Assembly (NCBI GenBank): GCA_034408725.1
Contig: JAWXCN010000043.1
Span: forward strand, 1-29,243
DNA: 29,243 nt
Origin: Candidatus Hydrogenedentota bacterium
GTDB lineage: Bacteria > Hydrogenedentota > Hydrogenedentia > Hydrogenedentales > SLHB01
Direction: 5' to 3'
The notes below the pieces were generated by a model. The model saw only the letters and a list, made by a program, of their open reading frames with translations. It was not told where the DNA came from and made no database searches. The position numbers and the translations under genes are program-made. Positions 25,844-29,243 of this stretch are shown piece after piece (position 1 is the first letter of the stretch; each line of letters starts with the position of its first letter).

Positions 25844-27423
25844 TACGACACCCTATCCAACAAGACACGCTGAATCTTGCCGTCCTTGATCACCTGGCCA
25901 AAGATCAGGCCGCGCAGTTTTTCTTCCGGCTCGGGCGGCGTACACAGGCTCACGATGACCGTTACGCCCACGGTAAACACAAACGACCACATGGCGACAA
26001 AGAGAAACGGATCGGATATCGTGAACAAGCCTTGGGTATTATGCAGAACGGTGCTAAAAGCCACGCCCAGCAACAGCCCAGCTAGCCCGCCCCATTGCGT
26101 CGCGCGTTTCCACATTATGCCAAGCAGCAAAATTGCGAAAACGGGCCCCTGGAACATGGACAGCGCCTTTTGTATGAACGTGTACATGCTCGGCGTCTGG
26201 CCGATGGGATACGCCATCAGTACCGCGAATATCAGGAAGACAATCGTAAAGATCCGGCCAACGATCAGGCCGTGGCGCTCGTTCAACTCTTTTCCGAATC
26301 GGAATTTATAGAAGCGCCCATACAGGTCCGTCGTCCAGATGGTTGACGCGGAACTGAGATAGGTGTCGGCGCTGGACATGAACGCCGCGACCAGCGCCGA
26401 GAAAGTCAGACCTCGAATGCCTGCGGGCAGCAACTTGTTGATCATTTGCGGTACCGCGTCGTCGCCCGTCGCCAAACCCGGCACGATGACGACCGCGGCA
26501 AGCCCAGGCACGGCCACCATAAACGGGATGAAGGATTTAAGGAAACCACCAAACAACATGCCGGCTTTCGCGTCCCATTCCGTGCGGGCCCCAAAGCAAC
26601 GCTGTACGATGCCCTGGTGTCCACTGAAATAGGCAGTGGACATGACAAGTCCGAGACCAAACACAATGCCGGCCCAGGGATACGGCGTCGTCGTATCGTT
26701 GGGCAGCATGATCGTGAAATGATCGGCATACTTCGGGTCAACGGTTTGCGACATGACGCCGATTTGTTCTTTCAGGCTTTCCCAACCTCCCACTTCCCAC
26801 AAGCTCAACACCAGTAGCGCCATGCCGCCGACAAACATGACTATCAACTGTATAACGTCCGTCATGACCACCGCGGCAAGTCCGCCGGAAAGCGTGTAGA
26901 TTCCAACCACGACGACAGTGATCGCAATGGAAACGGGAATGGGCCAGCCGACCGTAGTATTGAGAAACTTCGCGGTCGTCCAGAAAATGACCGCGAGCAT
27001 GACGACCATGAAAACGCCCCAGATTCCGGCGTGAATGATCTGCACGGCGGTGTTATAGCGTTTGCCGAGGAATTCAGGAATGGTGTAGACGCTTGAGCGC
27101 CAGTAGTACGGCATGAATACAAACGCCGCGATGGCCATCGCCGGCATCGAGCCCATCCAGTCGAAGTTCGCCGCCGAAATGCCGTAGGAATACGCTGCGC
27201 CGCCCACAAATATGAAATCGGTCGCGCCGATGTCGCTTACGACAATCGACATGCCAATCGCCCAGAACGGCAGCGCGCGGCCCGCGAGGAAAAAGTCCGT
27301 GGCGGATTTTACGTATTTGCCGAAGTATGTGCCGATGGCGAGAATGCCCGCCATGTACGTGATGATGATGGCGAGATCGAACCCCGAAAGACCAGTGGTC
27401 GCAACCTGAGCGGCCCCATCCAT
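25843..27423 (-). CDS. Sodium:solute symporter (SSS/SLC5, sugar/inositol-type)
   Basis: DFFLAGRALPFWAIGMS, TIPEFLGKRY, YTLSGGLAAVVMTDVIQ, QGIVQRCF, AAFMSS, TTDLY. Confidence 0.94.
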   Translation of the reverse strand: MDGAAQVATTGLSGFDLAIIITYMAGILAIGTYFGKYVKSATDFFLAGRALPFWAIGMSIVVSDIGATDFIFVGGAAYSYGISAANFDWMGSMPAMAIAAFVFMPYYWRSSVYTIPEFLGKRYNTAVQIIHAGIWGVFMVVMLAVIFWTTAKFLNTTVGWPIPVSIAITVVVVGIYTLSGGLAAVVMTDVIQLIVMFVGGMALLVLSLWEVGGWESLKEQIGVMSQTVDPKYADHFTIMLPNDTTTPYPWAGIVFGLGLVMSTAYFSGHQGIVQRCFGARTEWDAKAGMLFGGFLKSFIPFMVAVPGLAAVVIVPGLATGDDAVPQMINKLLPAGIRGLTFSALVAAFMSSADTYLSSASTIWTTDLYGRFYKFRFGKELNERHGLIVGRIFTIVFLIFAVLMAYPIGQTPSMYTFIQKALSMFQGPVFAILLLGIMWKRATQWGGLAGLLLGVAFSTVLHNTQGLFTISDPFLFVAMWSFVFTVGVTVIVSLCTPPEPEEKLRGLIFGQVIKDGKIQRVLLDRVS

Positions 27424-27442
27424 GCGCTATGCTCTCCCCTAT

Positions 27443-27506
27443 GTGTCTTGATCCCAAGCAAGACACCCGCGGCCGCTACGATAAACGATGGCGCGGCAGG
27501 GGTCAA
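27443..27506 (-). promoter_or_regulatory. Promoter of SSS operon with downstream palindrome (operator or leader hairpin)
   Basis: TTGACC(27506-27501)-N17-TATCGT(27483-27478); GTGTCTTG-N8-CAAGACAC at 27443-27466, just before the AGGGGAG RBS. Confidence 0.6.
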
Positions 27507-28952
27507 CTACGATGCAATTTCGACGGTGTCCGCCCTCTCGGCCACCAGGGATTCGCCTACCATCGTGAGGCACATCGCGGATGGTGCGATTAGCCCGCAC
27601 GAGACTACGGCCTTGATCGCGTCTTCAACGCTGAGTTCGCACCGGTGGACACCGCCCGACGCGAACAATTCCAGCAAACCCACGGAAATGTTGGGTGCGG
27701 TCGGCACGAAAACCCGGTGGTATACGTCGCCTGTCGTGCTGCGCGACTGCCCTACGAGAAAGCCCACTGCAAACACGCCCGGATACGGAAATTCGACCAG
27801 CACGGCTTCCTTAAACCCCATGCCGTCTTTCTTGAACAACAATGTCTCGACGATCTGCTTTGATGCGCCGTATACCGTCGCGATGAGGGGTATGCGGTTC
27901 AGAATCGCCTCCCCAATACGAATGATGCGTCCACCCACTACCCATGTTGCAATATAACCGGTGACGTACAACGCCGTGAGCATGAGGAAAATCGATACCA
28001 CCGCCGTCACTACGGGCGATACCTGTGGCGACAAGTAGGGGGCCAGCGGCCGGAGCAAACTTTGAGTCACCGGTTCAATACGGCCCGCGGTGAAGTCATA
28101 CAGGAATTGGACGATGAACGCCGTTATCGCCAGGGGCACCAGCACAAAAAAACCCGCTAATATCCGTTTGCGGAAGACGTTCTTGGTGAACTCCCAGAGT
28201 GTGGTACGTTTGGCGATGGCGACCTGCGCGCTATGTCCCGCCGCCACAGTGGCCTGTCCACTGGGAACCTCGGCCTTCCTCGCATCAACCGTTGTGTCGA
28301 TCACCTCTGGAACGAGAATTCCCGCGGACATAACAGCCTTTACCGCGTCTTCGACAGTCAAATCGGACTGCTGAACCGCCTCCGCAGGCATGAACTCGAG
28401 GTAGCCGCTGGTGGGATTCGGCGTCGTGGGAACAAATATGCGGTAGTATTCGCCACGTCCGTCGATCTGCGTGCGGCCTACTACAAACGCAATTGTCTTA
28501 ATGCCTGGACCAGGGAAATCAACGATCACGGCCTCCTGGTAAACCGGCCCGGCATCCTCCTTGGGCTGAAGCACATCCATGACCTGTTTCGACGCCGCAT
28601 AAATGGTCTTCACCAGGGGAATGCGCCTGAGAAGTCCTTCACCTACCCCGATAACCCATCGGCCAAGGACTACAGCCGTGGCCAAGCCGATGAGATAGAG
28701 CATCGCAAAGAACAGGACTACTGAAATCAGCGCAACGGCAAACGGCACCGCGCGATCCGGAATTGGAATTTGAAATTTGGAGACCCACGGCGCGAGATTC
28801 GCCGCTGTGAGCCGATAGCACAGAATCAGCGCGTAAGCTGTCACGCCAAGAGGGACAAGCACCAACAAACCGCGCAACATATAGCCCTGCACGGTCGTGC
28901 GCAGGCGAACCAACAGTGGTTTCCGCGCGGGGCGGTGGCGGGGGATTCTCAA
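27507..28952 (-). CDS. Tandem DUF502-DUF502 membrane protein
   Basis: Two copies of GxxVLVPLxxT...RIPL..T.Y.ASKQ...V.FP.PG...FVPT.PN...G.LE....L.VEDA.KAV.S.G. GGAGG RBS before TTG 28952; start uncertain. Confidence 0.88.
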   Translation of the reverse strand: MRIPRHRPARKPLLVRLRTTVQGYMLRGLLVLVPLGVTAYALILCYRLTAANLAPWVSKFQIPIPDRAVPFAVALISVVLFFAMLYLIGLATAVVLGRWVIGVGEGLLRRIPLVKTIYAASKQVMDVLQPKEDAGPVYQEAVIVDFPGPGIKTIAFVVGRTQIDGRGEYYRIFVPTTPNPTSGYLEFMPAEAVQQSDLTVEDAVKAVMSAGILVPEVIDTTVDARKAEVPSGQATVAAGHSAQVAIAKRTTLWEFTKNVFRKRILAGFFVLVPLAITAFIVQFLYDFTAGRIEPVTQSLLRPLAPYLSPQVSPVVTAVVSIFLMLTALYVTGYIATWVVGGRIIRIGEAILNRIPLIATVYGASKQIVETLLFKKDGMGFKEAVLVEFPYPGVFAVGFLVGQSRSTTGDVYHRVFVPTAPNISVGLLELFASGGVHRCELSVEDAIKAVVSCGLIAPSAMCLTMVGESLVAERADTVEIAS

Positions 28953-29104
28953 AACTACTGCACCTCCGGAAACCAAAATCGTTTTTTTACGGAAACCAAC
29001 AAGCCAAACACATCAATAAACCCATTCTACACAGTTGAAATGCCATTCGCGATTCCACATGATTTCAAAGCAATAGCACTTTTTTGAACTACGGTAGCGG
29101 CGCC

Positions 29105-29243
29105 GCCTTGGACTGCGGTAGCGGAGTCCGCTGCGGACGCAGCTACCGCTTTCACTTCGGATTGCATGAAGTCTCGACCCGTTGCATCGCGCTGCTGCAT
29201 TCCTAAAGTGAAAGCGGTAGCTACCCGCTACCGCTTTCCAAAA
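29105..29243. repeat. REPIN/MITE-like element, sister of 20846-20991
   Basis: GCCTTGGACTGCGGTAGCGGAGTCCGCTGCGGACGCAGCTACCGCTTTCACTT...AAGTGAAAGCGGTAGCTACCCGCTACCGCTTTCCAAAA; degenerate partial arm TTTGAACTACGGTAGCGG just upstream. Confidence 0.85.

Overview
A GC-rich bacterial chromosomal window with about 29 protein-coding genes and no rRNA, tRNA, CRISPR array, transposase or prophage visible. Gene style and repeat type suggest a PVC/Hydrogenedentes-like organism, which is inference only. Housekeeping genes include typA, a Nudix hydrolase, a YbaL/Kef antiporter, LOG, DoxX, comF, TerC, thiL, nnrD and an RlmD-like methyltransferase. The most notable items are: (1) a translationally coupled operon of an SSS symporter, two small membrane proteins, an unknown soluble protein and a secreted YdjC/ChbG-type deacetylase, followed by an ABA4/DUF4281 gene pair; (2) a secreted protein resembling PL2 pectate lyases but with altered metal-site motifs, coupled to a lipase; (3) comF flanked by a Cys-rich microprotein and a stand-alone PilC/GspF N-terminus-like microprotein; (4) a tandem DUF502-DUF502 fusion; (5) an MNT-HEPN toxin-antitoxin pair whose HEPN gene has a 1-nt frameshift; (6) five loci of a GGAG/GGAC-footed REP/REPIN-like family plus one doublet of a second family. 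All family assignments come from motif recognition by eye, not database searches.
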